A stretch of DNA of 64,000 bases from Macrostomum hystrix (Eukaryota > Animalia > Platyhelminthes), in assembly GCA_950097015.1 (NCBI GenBank), contig CATNEN010000038.1:23002001-23066000 (forward strand). The letters are read 5' to 3'. The position numbers were made by a program, and so were the translations under genes. The notes below the pieces were generated by a model, which saw nothing but the letters and a program-made list of their open reading frames with translations, had not been told where the DNA came from and did no database searches. This document shows, piece by piece, positions 12,570 to 24,402 of this stretch (position 1 is the stretch's first letter; the number at the start of each line of letters is the position of its first letter).

Positions 12570-14975
12570 ACATTGGTTCTCTCTTCTGGGTAGACATTGG
12601 TTCTCTGCTGCTGGGAGGCCATTGGTTCTCTGCTGCTGGGAGGCCATTGGTTCTCTGCTGCTGGGGGACATTGGTTCTCTGCTGCTGGGAGGCCATTGGT
12701 TCTCTGCTGCTGGGAGGCCATTGGTTCTCTGCTGCTGGGTAGACATTGGTTCCCTGATGCTGGGTAGACATTGGTTCCCTGATGCTGGGTAGACATTGGT
12801 TCCCTGATGCTGGGTAGACATTGGTTCTCTGCTGCTGGGAGGCCATTGGTTCCCTGCTGCTGGGTAGACTTTGGTTCTCTGCTGCTGGGAGGCCATTGGT
12901 TCTCTGCTGCTGGGAGGCCATTGGTTCTCTGCTGCTGGGAGGCCATTGGTTCTCTGCTTCTGGGAGGCCATTGGTTCCCTGCTGCTGGGTAGAGATTGGT
13001 TCCCTGCTGCTGGGTAGAGATTGGTTCCCTGCTGCTGGGTAGAGATTGGTTCCCTGCTGCTGGGTAGAGATTGGTTCTCTGCTGCTGGGTAGAGATTGGT
13101 TCTCTGCTGCTGGGAGGCCATTGGTTCTCTGCTGCTGGGAGGCCATTGGTTCTCTGCTGCTGGGAGGCCATTGGTTCTCTGCTGCTGGGTAGACATTGGT
13201 TCCCTGCTGCTAGGAGGCCATTGGTTCTCTGCTGCTGGGTAGACATTGGTTCCCTGATGCTGGGTAGACATCGGTTCCCTGCTGCTAGGAGGCCATTGGT
13301 TCTCTGCTGCTGGGTAGACATCGGTTCCCTGCTGCTAGGAGGCCATTGGTTCTCTGCTGCTGGGTAGACATTGGTTCCCTGATGCTGGGAGGCCATTGGT
13401 TCTCTGCTGCTGGGAGGCCATTGGTTCTCTGCTGCTGGGTAGACATTGGTTCCCTGATGCTGGGTAGACATTGGTTCCCTGATGCTGGGTAGACATTGGT
13501 TCCCTGCTGCTGGGTAGAGATTGGTTCTCTGCTGCTGGGTAGACATTGGTTCCCTGCTGCTAGGAGGCCATTGGTTCTCTGCTGCTGGGTAGACATTGGT
13601 TCTCTGCTGCTGGGTAGACATTGGTTCTCTGCTGCTGGGTAGACATTGGTTCTCTGCTGCTGGGAGGCCATTGGTTCTCTGCTGCTGGGAGGCCATTGGT
13701 TCTCTGCTGCTGGGAGGCCATTGGTTCCCTGATGCTGGGTAGACATTGGTTCTCTGCTGCTGGGTAGACATTGGTTCCCTGATGCTGGGTAGACATTGGT
13801 TCTCTGCTGCTGGGAGGCCATTGGTTCTCTGCTGCTGGGAGGCCATTGGTTCCCTGATGCTGGGTAGACATTGGTTCCCTGATGCTGGGAGGCCATTGGT
13901 TCTCTGCTGCTGGGGGACATTGGTTCTCTACTGCTTGGTAGACATTGGTTCTCTGCTGCTGGGAGGCCATTGGTTCTCTGCTGCTGGGGGACATTGGTTC
14001 TCTGCTGCTGGGAGGCCATTGGTTCTCTGCTGCTGGGAGGCCATTGGTTCTCTGCTGCTGGGAGGCCATTGGTTCTCTGCTGCTGGAAGGCCATTGGTTC
14101 TCTGCTGCTGGGAGGCCATTGGTTCTCTGCTGCTGGGAGGCCATTGGTTCTCTGCTGCTGGGAGGCCATTGGTTCTCTGCTGCTGGGAGGCCATTGGTTC
14201 TCTGCTGCTGGGTAGACATTGGTTCCCTGCTATGCTACTGGGAGGCCATTGGTTCCCTGCTGCTGGGTAGACATTGGTTCCCTGCTGCTGGGAGGCCATT
14301 GGTTCCCTGCTGCTGGGTAGACTTTGGTTCTCTGCTGCTGGGAGGCCATTGGTTCTCTGCTGCTGGGAGGCCATTGGTTCCCTGCTGCTGGGTAGACTTT
14401 GGTTCTCTGCTGCTGGGAGGCCATTGGTTCTCTGCTGCTGGGAGGCCATTGGTTCTCTGCTGCTGGGAGGCCATTGGTTCTCTGCTTCTGGGAGGCCATT
14501 GGTTCCCTGCTGCTGGGTAGAGATTGGTTCCCTGCTGCTGGGTAGAGATTGGTTCCCTGCTGCTGGGTAGAGATTGGTTCCCTGCTGCTGGGTAGAGATT
14601 GGTTCTCTGCTGCTGGGTAGAGATTGGTTCTCTGCTGCTGGGAGGCCATTGGTTCTCTGCTGCTGGGAGGCCATTGGTTCTCTGCTGCTGGGAGGCCATT
14701 GGTTCTCTGCTGCTGGGTAGACATTGGTTCCCTGCTGCTAGGAGGCCATTGGTTCTCTGCTGCTGGGTAGACATTGGTTCCCTGATGCTGGGTAGACATC
14801 GGTTCCCTGCTGCTAGGAGGCCATTGGTTCTCTGCTGCTGGGTAGACATCGGTTCCCTGCTGCTAGGAGGCCATTGGTTCTCTGCTGCTGGGTAGACATT
14901 GGTTCCCTGATGCTGGGAGGCCATTGGTTCTCTGCTGCTGGGAGGCCATTGGTTCTCTGCTGCTGGGAGGCCATT
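12570..14975. repeat. 25-bp minisatellite (CATTGGTTCTCTGCTGCTGGGAGGC / ...GGGTAGA) with a higher-order duplication
   Basis: Tandem array; the same variant block recurs 1528 bp apart (for example 12960 and 14488). Confidence 0.97.
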
Positions 14976-16185
14976 GTTCCCTGGAGGTGACGTCCATAAT
15001 AATATTTTTTCTGTCTTCTCTGTATACTCAGTCTGTTAAATTTGTCTGTTTGTTCTTAGTCGATATTTCTTAACAAATTTTCTCAGTTTTCTCCTCTACA
15101 ATAATATTAGTTTTAAAGGAAGACTGGGAAAAACATCTAATTTAGCACCCCTTCCTGGGCATTTCTTGCCAAAAACCTCGATCTAATTAATCCCCTAATT
15201 CATCAAATTACTACCACATTATGCTAGTAATCCTATCAGAAAACTATATTTTAAACGCTTTGAACTAACTTAACCCTCGAGCTACTGGAGCGTGCTGTGG
15301 ACCAGCTTACAATCACGAGGCCTGCGTGCTTGCAATTTACGGACGAGACCTGTATACAACTGGCATTCACAACTTTACTCGCTTGTAAGCGTCATGTAGT
15401 AAATATAATTGGTACAAGATAGAGCAAACCAGCAATTGTTTAATGTTTCAAGTCTTTTTACATCGACAGAAAAAACTGTTCTGCGTCTTCTTCTTAAATT
15501 TTTTTTTCAAACCCCAGCCACAATTAAGATTGCAGGTAGAAAAAAAAAACATTAAAATGTTCATATTTCTACTGAACAGAAAGTACAAGTAGTATAGAAT
15601 CCAACGATTTTGTATCGGTGGATATGAAGGTTGGTAGTTCTCTTCCTCTTCCTAGGCCGGACTCTTCTTTTTATTTTTGACATGGCCATTTTTGGGTCAT
15701 GGCTAAATTGATTCTACTGTTCGTGATTTAGAAAGCTTTAGAACTGTGAATTCTGATTTTGAAGACCATCGAAAAGTTGAAATGCTTGAGAAAGGCCAAT
15801 AAGACTATAATAGACGTAGACAGTCATGGCACACCTATTGTCACAGCCAACCCCTATTGTCACAGCCAACCCCTATTGTCACAGCCAACCCCTATTGTCA
15901 CAGCCAACCCCTATTGTCACAGCCAACCCCTATTCTCACAGCCAACCAATTCACAATTCTCGCAGTCACAGAAAAAATTCCCAAACGGAAGACATTAAAA
16001 GTAATAAAATATTACAATATTTCATCACTTTACAATAAGTTAATTGAAATTACATATAAAATTATGATTGCATGAAAAGTTTAAAGATTCTTGTCAGGTC
16101 AAAAGTAAAGTTTGAAAAATGTTAAAATGACGGCCTCCTTTGAATAGCAATCTGTAGAGGTTTGCAAAGTGGGTGAGGTGTCAGG

Positions 16186-16365
16186 TTAATCCCCGTCCTG
16201 CTCAATGATGATGCCTGAAGCGTCCACAGGTTGTGTGACGATCTGGACTGGGTCCGCCTGCAACGGTGACTGCTCCAGGAGCTGGCGAAGTCTCAGCAGA
16301 GGGTCGTCGGCGTCTGCGTCGTTGTCGGCATGTCGCCTAGGCTCAATGCGAAGCAGGAACTCCAT
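16186..16365 (-). CDS. Micro-ORF family member A1 (59 aa, MEFLLRIEPRRHADNDADADDPLLRLRQLLEQSPLQ...EQDGD)
   Basis: ATG 16365 to TAA 16186, with an upstream TATATATA (~16409-16416) and a TCATT Inr-like motif. Four intact copies; it falls below the ORF-track length cutoff. Confidence 0.55.
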   Translation of the reverse strand: MEFLLRIEPRRHADNDADADDPLLRLRQLLEQSPLQADPVQIVTQPVDASGIIIEQDGD

Positions 16366-18496
16366 ATCCGAAGCCCGAAATGATTGCAGAAGATTTTTAA
16401 GAGAATTCGTATATATAGTATAGGGCTATATAGAATGTACACTTGTCCGAGCGCCCCAGCAAGTGTACATTCTTTACGCTTTTCTATAATTTTTTACATA
16501 TTTTTACATATGTACATTTTTTGTTGCGTACACTTGCTACGGCGCTCGGACTAGTGTACGCAACAAAAAATGTACAGAAAATGTACAAAATTAGAATTAG
16601 AAAAGAATTATTCTTTTCATAAAATGGTCATATGTACATTCTACTTTTGTAGAAGTGTGTGTAGTGTGGGCGGGTGTACACCGCCGCGCGCTCTCTGGAT
16701 TTCCGTCTGTCTTCTGTATCTGCGCGATTGACGGAATGCCAGGCCAGCCAGCCAGGCCAGCTAATGATACTAGCTTTTTTTGCCCGTTGTTTTTGGGGCA
16801 GAAATTTAAAGCAAAGCAGTATAAGCAATTCACGTCTCTGTATTAACTTCGTGTAAGTCCGTGTAGATTGTTGAGTAGCGCTGAATCCTCGCATGCGGAA
16901 GGTCCCTAGCTCGATTACCAACCACAACTGATTTTTGTAATCGACGAAATAAAACTTTTTCACTTTTTGTCATTTTTCTTTTCATTCCTCCTTTCTATTG
17001 ATCTGTCATCTATTTCATTTCTAAAATGCATATAATATGCCTGTGTTGTATACAGTTCTTGCCGTTCTAGCCAAAAAGCTATAATTCATTATGCAAGAGT
17101 TTTCCATATCGAGTTCTTTGAGTTCTAGGGACAAGGATTCTAGTTTGGTTTCTTTTGAAAAATGGCTTTGTCATGTATGTATCTCATGTATCTCATTGAG
17201 CTACTTAGTCGAAGTTATTCTACACTACGCCGTAAAAATGGCTTCCCTATATGTTTGGAAATAAGTTATTTATATAGTTTTCTTACTACATGCACGTGGG
17301 TTAGGAATGCAATTCCCCCAAGTCCACCGCCAGTAAGGCTAGCCCCCCGTGGGTCCACGTGGGTTCACCCGGCTAGCCGAGTATTTTTTGACTAGTGGAA
17401 GTGTCGGCTAGCCGGCGGCCGTTAGATGAATAGCTCAAAAGAGAATATCATATACACTTCAAGCGCAGAGTGCTGGCAACCAGTCGATTTTCAGCAGTTG
17501 CAACCAGAAAAAAATTAGATGTGTTGCAATTGTAGTTCTGGCTTCCGACAAGCCATTAAGCCCTCACTGTTAAGGTGGAAATATCATTTGTTATAGACGG
17601 GGTGATCACTTGGTTCTTTCTTAGCACGATAGAAAAAGCGTCATATTATCTATTTACATGTAAAATGCACTTAATCAGTAAGTCCCATCTGAACTAATTC
17701 AGCTTAAGTTGTATTGTATTACAGTATTAATTAGTATGAACTGTGGTTTGCTTATATGTTTGGAAATAAATTATTTATATAGTTATCTTACTACATGCAC
17801 GTGGGTTACATACTTCATATTTTATACTTTCTACTTGCAGTAGACGAGTAGCATGATCCATGCAACATTTATCGTAATTCCCCCAAGTCCACCGCCAGTA
17901 AGGTTAGCCGCCCGTAGCCGAGTATGCAGACCCAAATAGCTCCACGAGTGCAGAATCTAAAAATAGCTCATCGAGAATCTCATACACTTCAAGCGCAGAG
18001 TGCTGGCAACCAGTCGATTCGTTCCAGAAAAAAAAACTCATCGAAGTGAAGAACAGTTTCATCTGGAGCACTGCTCAACAAAACTAAATGTCAATCATGT
18101 GTTCCAACACAGAAAACTGCAGCAGCCGACACAATTCAAAGTCTCCGAGATCAGTAAGAAGGTCCAGACTGCATGCGATCAACTTATTCTGTGCATTAAT
18201 TTCTGTTGCGTCACTGATTCTCTCAAACCTAGTGTTAATCATAAGCTGTGCTCAAATTGAATTGTTCTCGGAATAATCTCATCTCATCACATCTCAACAT
18301 CTTAACTTATCTCATCAATTCCATCAAAATCTAATCTCATCCTGCTACTGTTTGTAACATTACATGCTTATTTTATGTTAAAAAATAGATTGATAGTGAC
18401 TCCTTGATGCTTAAGTGATGTGTCTGACTTGCAGCTTGTAAGCCAGCTCACTCTTCTAAATATCTGAATCGGTACATCGGTGAATCGGTAACTGTA

Positions 18497-21400
18497 TCAC
18501 AGCCAACCCATATTCTCACAGCCAACCCACATTGTCACAGCCAACCCATATTCTCACAGCCAACCCATATTCTCACAGCCAACCCATATTCTCACAGCCA
18601 ACCCATATTCTCACAGCCAACCCATATTCTCACAGCCAACCCATATTCTCACAGCCAACCCATATTCTCACAGCCAACCCATATTCTCACAGCCAACCCA
18701 TATTGTCACAGCCAACCCATATTGTCACAGCTAACCCATATTCTCACAGCCAACCCATATTCTCACAGCCAACCCATATTGTCACAGCCAACCCATATTG
18801 TCACAGCTAACCCATATTGTCACAGCCAACCCATATTGTCACAGGTAACCCATATTCTCACAGCCAATCCATATTCTCACAGCCAACCCATATTGTCACA
18901 GCCAACCCATATTCTCACAGCCAACCCATATTCTCACAGCCAACCCATATTCTCACAGCCAACCCATATTGTCACAGCCAACCCATATTGTCACAGCCAA
19001 CCCATATTCTCACAGCCAACCTATATTGTCACAGCCAACCCATATTCTCACAGCCAACCCATATTGTCACAGCCAACCCATATTCTCACAGCCAACCTAT
19101 ATTGTCACAGCCAACCCATATTGTCACAGCCAACCCATATTCTCACAGCCAACCCATATTGTCACAGCCAACCCATATTGTCACAGCCAACCCATATTCT
19201 CACAGCCAACCTATATTGTCACAGCCAACCCATATTCTCACAGCCAACCCATATTGTCACAGCCAACCCATATTGTCACAGCCAACCCATATTGTCACAG
19301 CCAACCCATATTCTCACAGCCAACCCATATTCTCACAGCCAACCCATATTCTCACAGCCAACCCATATTCTCACAGCCAACCCATATTCTCACAGCCAAT
19401 CCAAATTCTCACAGCCAATCCATATTCTCACAGCCAACCCATATTCTCACAGCCAACCCATATTGTCACAGCCAACCCATATTCTCACAGCCAACCCATA
19501 TTCTCACAGCCAACCCATATTCTCACAGCCAACCCATATTGTCACAGCCAACCCATATTGTCACAGCCAACCCATATTCTCACAGCCAACCTATATTGTC
19601 ACAGCCAACCCATATTCTCACAGCCAACCCATATTGTCACAGCCAACCTATATTGTCACAGCCAACCTATATTGTCACAGCCAACCCATATTGTCACAGC
19701 CAACCCATATTGTCACAGCCAACCCATATTGTCACAGCCAACCCATATTCTCACAGCCAACCTATATTGTCACAGCCAACCCATATTCTCACAGCCAACC
19801 CATATTGTCACAGCCAACCCATATTGTCACAGCCAACCCATATTGTCACAGCCAACCCATATTCTCACAGCCAACCCATATTCTCACAGCCAACCCATAT
19901 TCTCACAGCCAACCCATATTCTCACAGCCAACCCATATTCTCACAGCCAATCCAAATTCTCACAGCCAATCCATATTCTCACAGCCAACCCATATTCTCA
20001 CAGCCAACCCATATTCTCACAGCCAACCCATATTCTCACAGCCAACCCATATTCTCACAGCCAACCCATATTGTCACAGCCAACCCATATTGTCACAGCT
20101 AACCCATATTCTCACAGCCAACCCATATTGTCACAGCTAACCCATATTGTCACAGCCAACCCATATTGTCACAGGTAACCCATATTCTCACAGCCAATCC
20201 ATATTCTCACAGCCAACCCATATTGTCACAGCCAACCCATATTCTCACAGCCAACCCATATTCTCACAGCCAACCCATATTCCCACAGCCAACCCATATT
20301 GTCACAGCCAACCCATATTGTCACAGCCAACCCATATTCTCACAGCCAACCTATATTGTCACAGCCAACCCATATTCTCACAGCCAACCCATATTGTCAC
20401 AGCCAACCCATATTCTCACAGCCAACCTATATTGTCACAGCCAACCCATATTGTCACAGCCAACCCATATTCTCACAGCCAACCCATATTGTCACAGCCA
20501 ACCCATATTGTCACAGCCAACCCATATTCTCACAGCCAACCTATATTGTCACAGCCAACCCATATTCTCACAGCCAACCCATATTGTCACAGCCAACCCA
20601 TATTGTCACAGCCAACCCATATTGTCACAGCCAACCCATATTCTCACAGCCAACCCATATTCTCACAGCCAACCCATATTCTCACAGCCAACCCATATTC
20701 TCACAGCCAACCCATATTCTCACAGCCAACCCATATTCTCACAGCCAATCCAAATTCTCACAGCCAATCCATATTCTCACAGCCAACCCATATTCTCACA
20801 GCCAACCCATATTCTCACAGCCAACCCATATTCTCACAGCCAACCCATATTGTCACAGACAAATAATATTGTCACAGACAAATAATATTGTCACAGCCAA
20901 CCCATATTGTCACAGCGAACCCATATTCTCACAGCCAACCCACATTGTCACAGCCAACCCATATTCTCACAGCCAACCCATATTCTCACAGCCAACCCAT
21001 ATTCTCACAGCCAACCCATATTCTCACAGCCAACCCATATTCTCACAGCCAACCCATATTCTCACAGCCAACCCATATTCTCACAGCCAACCCACATTGT
21101 CACAGCCAACCCATATTCTCACAGCCAACCCATATTCTCACAGCCAACCCATATTCTCACAGCCAACCCATATTCTCACAGCCAACCCATATTCTCACAG
21201 CCAACCCATATTCTCACAGCCAACCCATATTCTCACAGCCAACCCATATTCTCACAGCCAACCCATATTCTCACAGCCAACCCATATTCTCACAGCCAAC
21301 CCATATTCTCACAGCCAATCCAAATTCTCACAGCCAATCCAAATTCTCACAGCTAACCCATATTCTCACAGCCAACCCATATTCTCACAGCCAACCCACA

Positions 21401-22038
21401 TTGTCACAACCAACCTATATTGTCACAGCTAACCCATATTCTCACAGCCAACCCATATTCTCACAGCCAACCCATATTCTCACAGCCAACCCATATTCTC
21501 ACAGCCAACCCACATTCTCACAGCCAACCCATATTCTCACAGCCAACCCATATTCTCACAGCCAACCCACATTCTCACAGCCAACCCATATTGTCACAGC
21601 TAACCCATATTCTCACAGCCAATCCAAATTCTCACAGCCAATCCAAATTCTCACAGCTAACCCATATTCTCACAGCGAACCCATATTCTCACAGCCAACC
21701 CATATTCTCACAGCCAACCCATATTCTCACAGCCAACCCATATTCTCACAGCCAACCCACATTCTCACAGCCAACCCATATTGTCACAGCTAACCCATAT
21801 TCTCACAGCCAATCCAAATTCTCACAGCCAATCCAAATTCTCACAGCTAACCCATATTCTCACAGCGAACCCATATTCTCACAGCCAACCCACATTGTCA
21901 CAACCAACCTATATTGTCACAGCTAACCCATATTCTCACAGCCAACCCATATTCTCACAGCCAACCCATATTGTCACAGCCAACCCATATTCTCACAGCC
22001 AACCCACATTGTCACTGCCAACCCATATTTCCACAGCC
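18497..22038. repeat. 19-bp minisatellite (CACAGCCAACCCATATTCT)n; smaller arrays at 15833-15948 and 23440-23808
   Basis: Tandem array embedded in a duplicated cassette with shared flanks. Confidence 0.97.
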
Positions 22039-22452
22039 TACACACAGTTTCACAGCTGAAACAACGAAAGATGTACTGATGTCTAAGTAATTAGAAGGCA
22101 TGAAATTCGTACATTAAAATGTGTGAAGGAATCGGAATGTTCATGCTATGATGCCGAAAAAACAAAATTTGAAATTGTAGTTTTACTTGAAAAAGTTGCA
22201 TTGGCGAGAACTACAACACGAACCACAGTCACTTTAGTAAAACAATTCCCAAACGGAAGACTTAAAATGGATAAAATATTACAATATTTCATCACTTTAC
22301 AATATGTTAATTGAAATTACATATAAAATTATGATTGCATGAAAAGTTTAAAGATTTTTGTCAGGTCAAAAGTAAAGTTTGAAAAATGTTAAAATGACGG
22401 CTTCCTTTGAATAGCAATCTGTAGAGGTTTGCAAAGTGGGTGAGGTGTCAGG

Positions 22453-22632
22453 TTAATCCCCGTCCTGCTCAATGATGATGCCTGAAGCGTCCACAGGTTG
22501 TGTGACGATCTGGACTGGGTCCGCCTGCAACGGTGACTGCTCCAGGAGCTGGCGAAGTCTCAGCAGAGGGTCGTCGGCGTCTGCGTCGTTGTCGGCATGT
22601 CGCCTAGGCTCAATGCGAGGCAGGAACTCCAT
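22453..22632 (-). CDS. Micro-ORF family member A2 (59 aa)
   Basis: Intact 180-nt ORF (L5P versus A1) with the upstream TATA retained. Confidence 0.55.
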   Translation of the reverse strand: MEFLPRIEPRRHADNDADADDPLLRLRQLLEQSPLQADPVQIVTQPVDASGIIIEQDGD

Positions 22633-24222
22633 GATAGCCGAAAGCCCGAAATGATTGCAGAAGATTTTTAAGAGCATTCGTATATATAGTCTCTGGGCCG
22701 GTAAGCACCAAACCAAGGAAGGTCCATAATTCTGTTGTTGGGCAGGAGCAGGAGTGTACACTCCAATAGCAGGAGTGCACATTCTGAGTGTACATTCCAA
22801 CGCCAACGGAGTTGGCGTTGAGGTTGCTCAGTTGGCAATAATAGCTAGAATAATAGAATGTAATAGCTAAAATAGCTAAAGATTCTAGCAAGATTCTAGC
22901 TTGCTAGGGATTCTCAGCAAGCTATTACAGAGTGCTGGCAACCAGTACATTCACAGTCCTCTCACAGTCACAATTGTGTTTTCACATTCACAGTTTCATC
23001 TGGAGCACTGCGCAACAAAACTAAATGTCAATCATGTGTTCCAACACAGAAAACTGCTGCAGCCGACACAATTCAAAGTCTCCGAGATCAGTAAGGTCCA
23101 AGGTCCAGACTGCATGCGATCAACTTATTCTGTGCATTAATTTCTGTTGCGTCACTGATTCTCACAAACCTATAATGAGAAACCTTAGCTGCGCTCGAAC
23201 TGAATTGTTCTCGGAAGAATCTCATCTCATCACATCTCAACATCTTAACTTATCTCATCAATTCCATCAAAATCTAATCTCATCCTGCTACTGTTTCTAA
23301 CATTACATGCTTATTTTATGTTAAAAAATAGATTGATAGTGACTCCTTGATGCTTAAGTGATGTGTCTGACTTGCAGCTTGTAAGCCAGCTCACTCTTCT
23401 TAATATCTGAATCGGTACATCGGTGAATCGGTAACTGTATCACAGCCAACCCATATTCTCACAGCCAACCCATATTCTCACAGCCAACCCACATTGTCAC
23501 AACCAACCTATATTGTCACAGCCAACCCATATTCTCACAGCCAACCCATATTCTCACAGCCAACCCACATTGTCACAACCAACCTATATTGTCACAGCCA
23601 ACCCATATTCTCACAGCCAACCCATATTCTCACAGCCAACCCATATTCTCACAGCCAACCCATATTCTCACAGCCAACCCATATTCTCACAGCCAACCCA
23701 TATTCTCACAGCCAACCCATATTCTCACAGCCAACCCACATTGTCACTGCCAACCCATATTGTCACAGCCAACCCACATTGTCACTGCCAACCCATATTT
23801 CCACAGCCTACACACAGTTTCACAGCTGAAACAACGAAAGATGTACTGATGTCTAAGTAATTAGAAGGCATGAAATTCTTACATTAAAATGTGTGAAGGA
23901 ATCGGAATGTTCATGCTATGATGCCGAAAAAACAAAATTTGAAATTGTAGTTTTACTTGAAAAAGTTGCATTGGCGAGAACTACAACACGAACCACAGTC
24001 ACTTTAGTAAAACAATTCCCAAACGGAAGACTTAAAATGGATAAAATATTACAATATTTCATCACTTTACAATAAGTTAATTGAAATTACATATAAAATT
24101 ATGATTGCATGAAAAGTTTAAAGATTTTGGTCAGGTCAAAAGTAAAGTTTGAAAAATTTTAAAATGACGGCTTCCTTTGAATAGCAATCTGTAGAGGTTT
24201 GCAAAGTGGGTGAGGTGTCAGG

Positions 24223-24402
24223 TTAATCCCCGTCCTGCTCAATGATGATACCTGAAGCGTCCACAGGTTGTGTGACGATCTGGACTGGGTCCGCCTGCCA
24301 CGGTGACTGCTCCAGGAGCTGGCGAAGTCTCAGCAGAGGGTCGTCGGCGTCTGCGTCGTTGTCGGCATGTCGCCTAGGCTCAATGCGAAGCAGGAACTCC
24401 AT
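24223..24402 (-). CDS. Micro-ORF family member A3 (59 aa)
   Basis: Intact 180-nt ORF (SPWQ variant) with the upstream TATA retained. Confidence 0.55.
   Translation of the reverse strand: MEFLLRIEPRRHADNDADADDPLLRLRQLLEQSPWQADPVQIVTQPVDASGIIIEQDGD

Noticed and set aside
12570-14975. CRISPR-like appearance of the regular repeats
   Set aside because: There are no unique spacers and no cas genes, and the context is eukaryotic.
16205-16423. Plus-strand ORF MMMPEASTGC... in the four repeated blocks
   Set aside because: Its length and stop vary between copies, while the antisense 59-aa frame is invariant and has TATA/Inr-like motifs.
9665-21926. Long ORFs of 200-470 aa over the 26-, 25- and 19-bp arrays
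   Set aside because: They are open in all three frames because the unit lacks stop codons and its length is not a multiple of 3; these are satellite artefacts.
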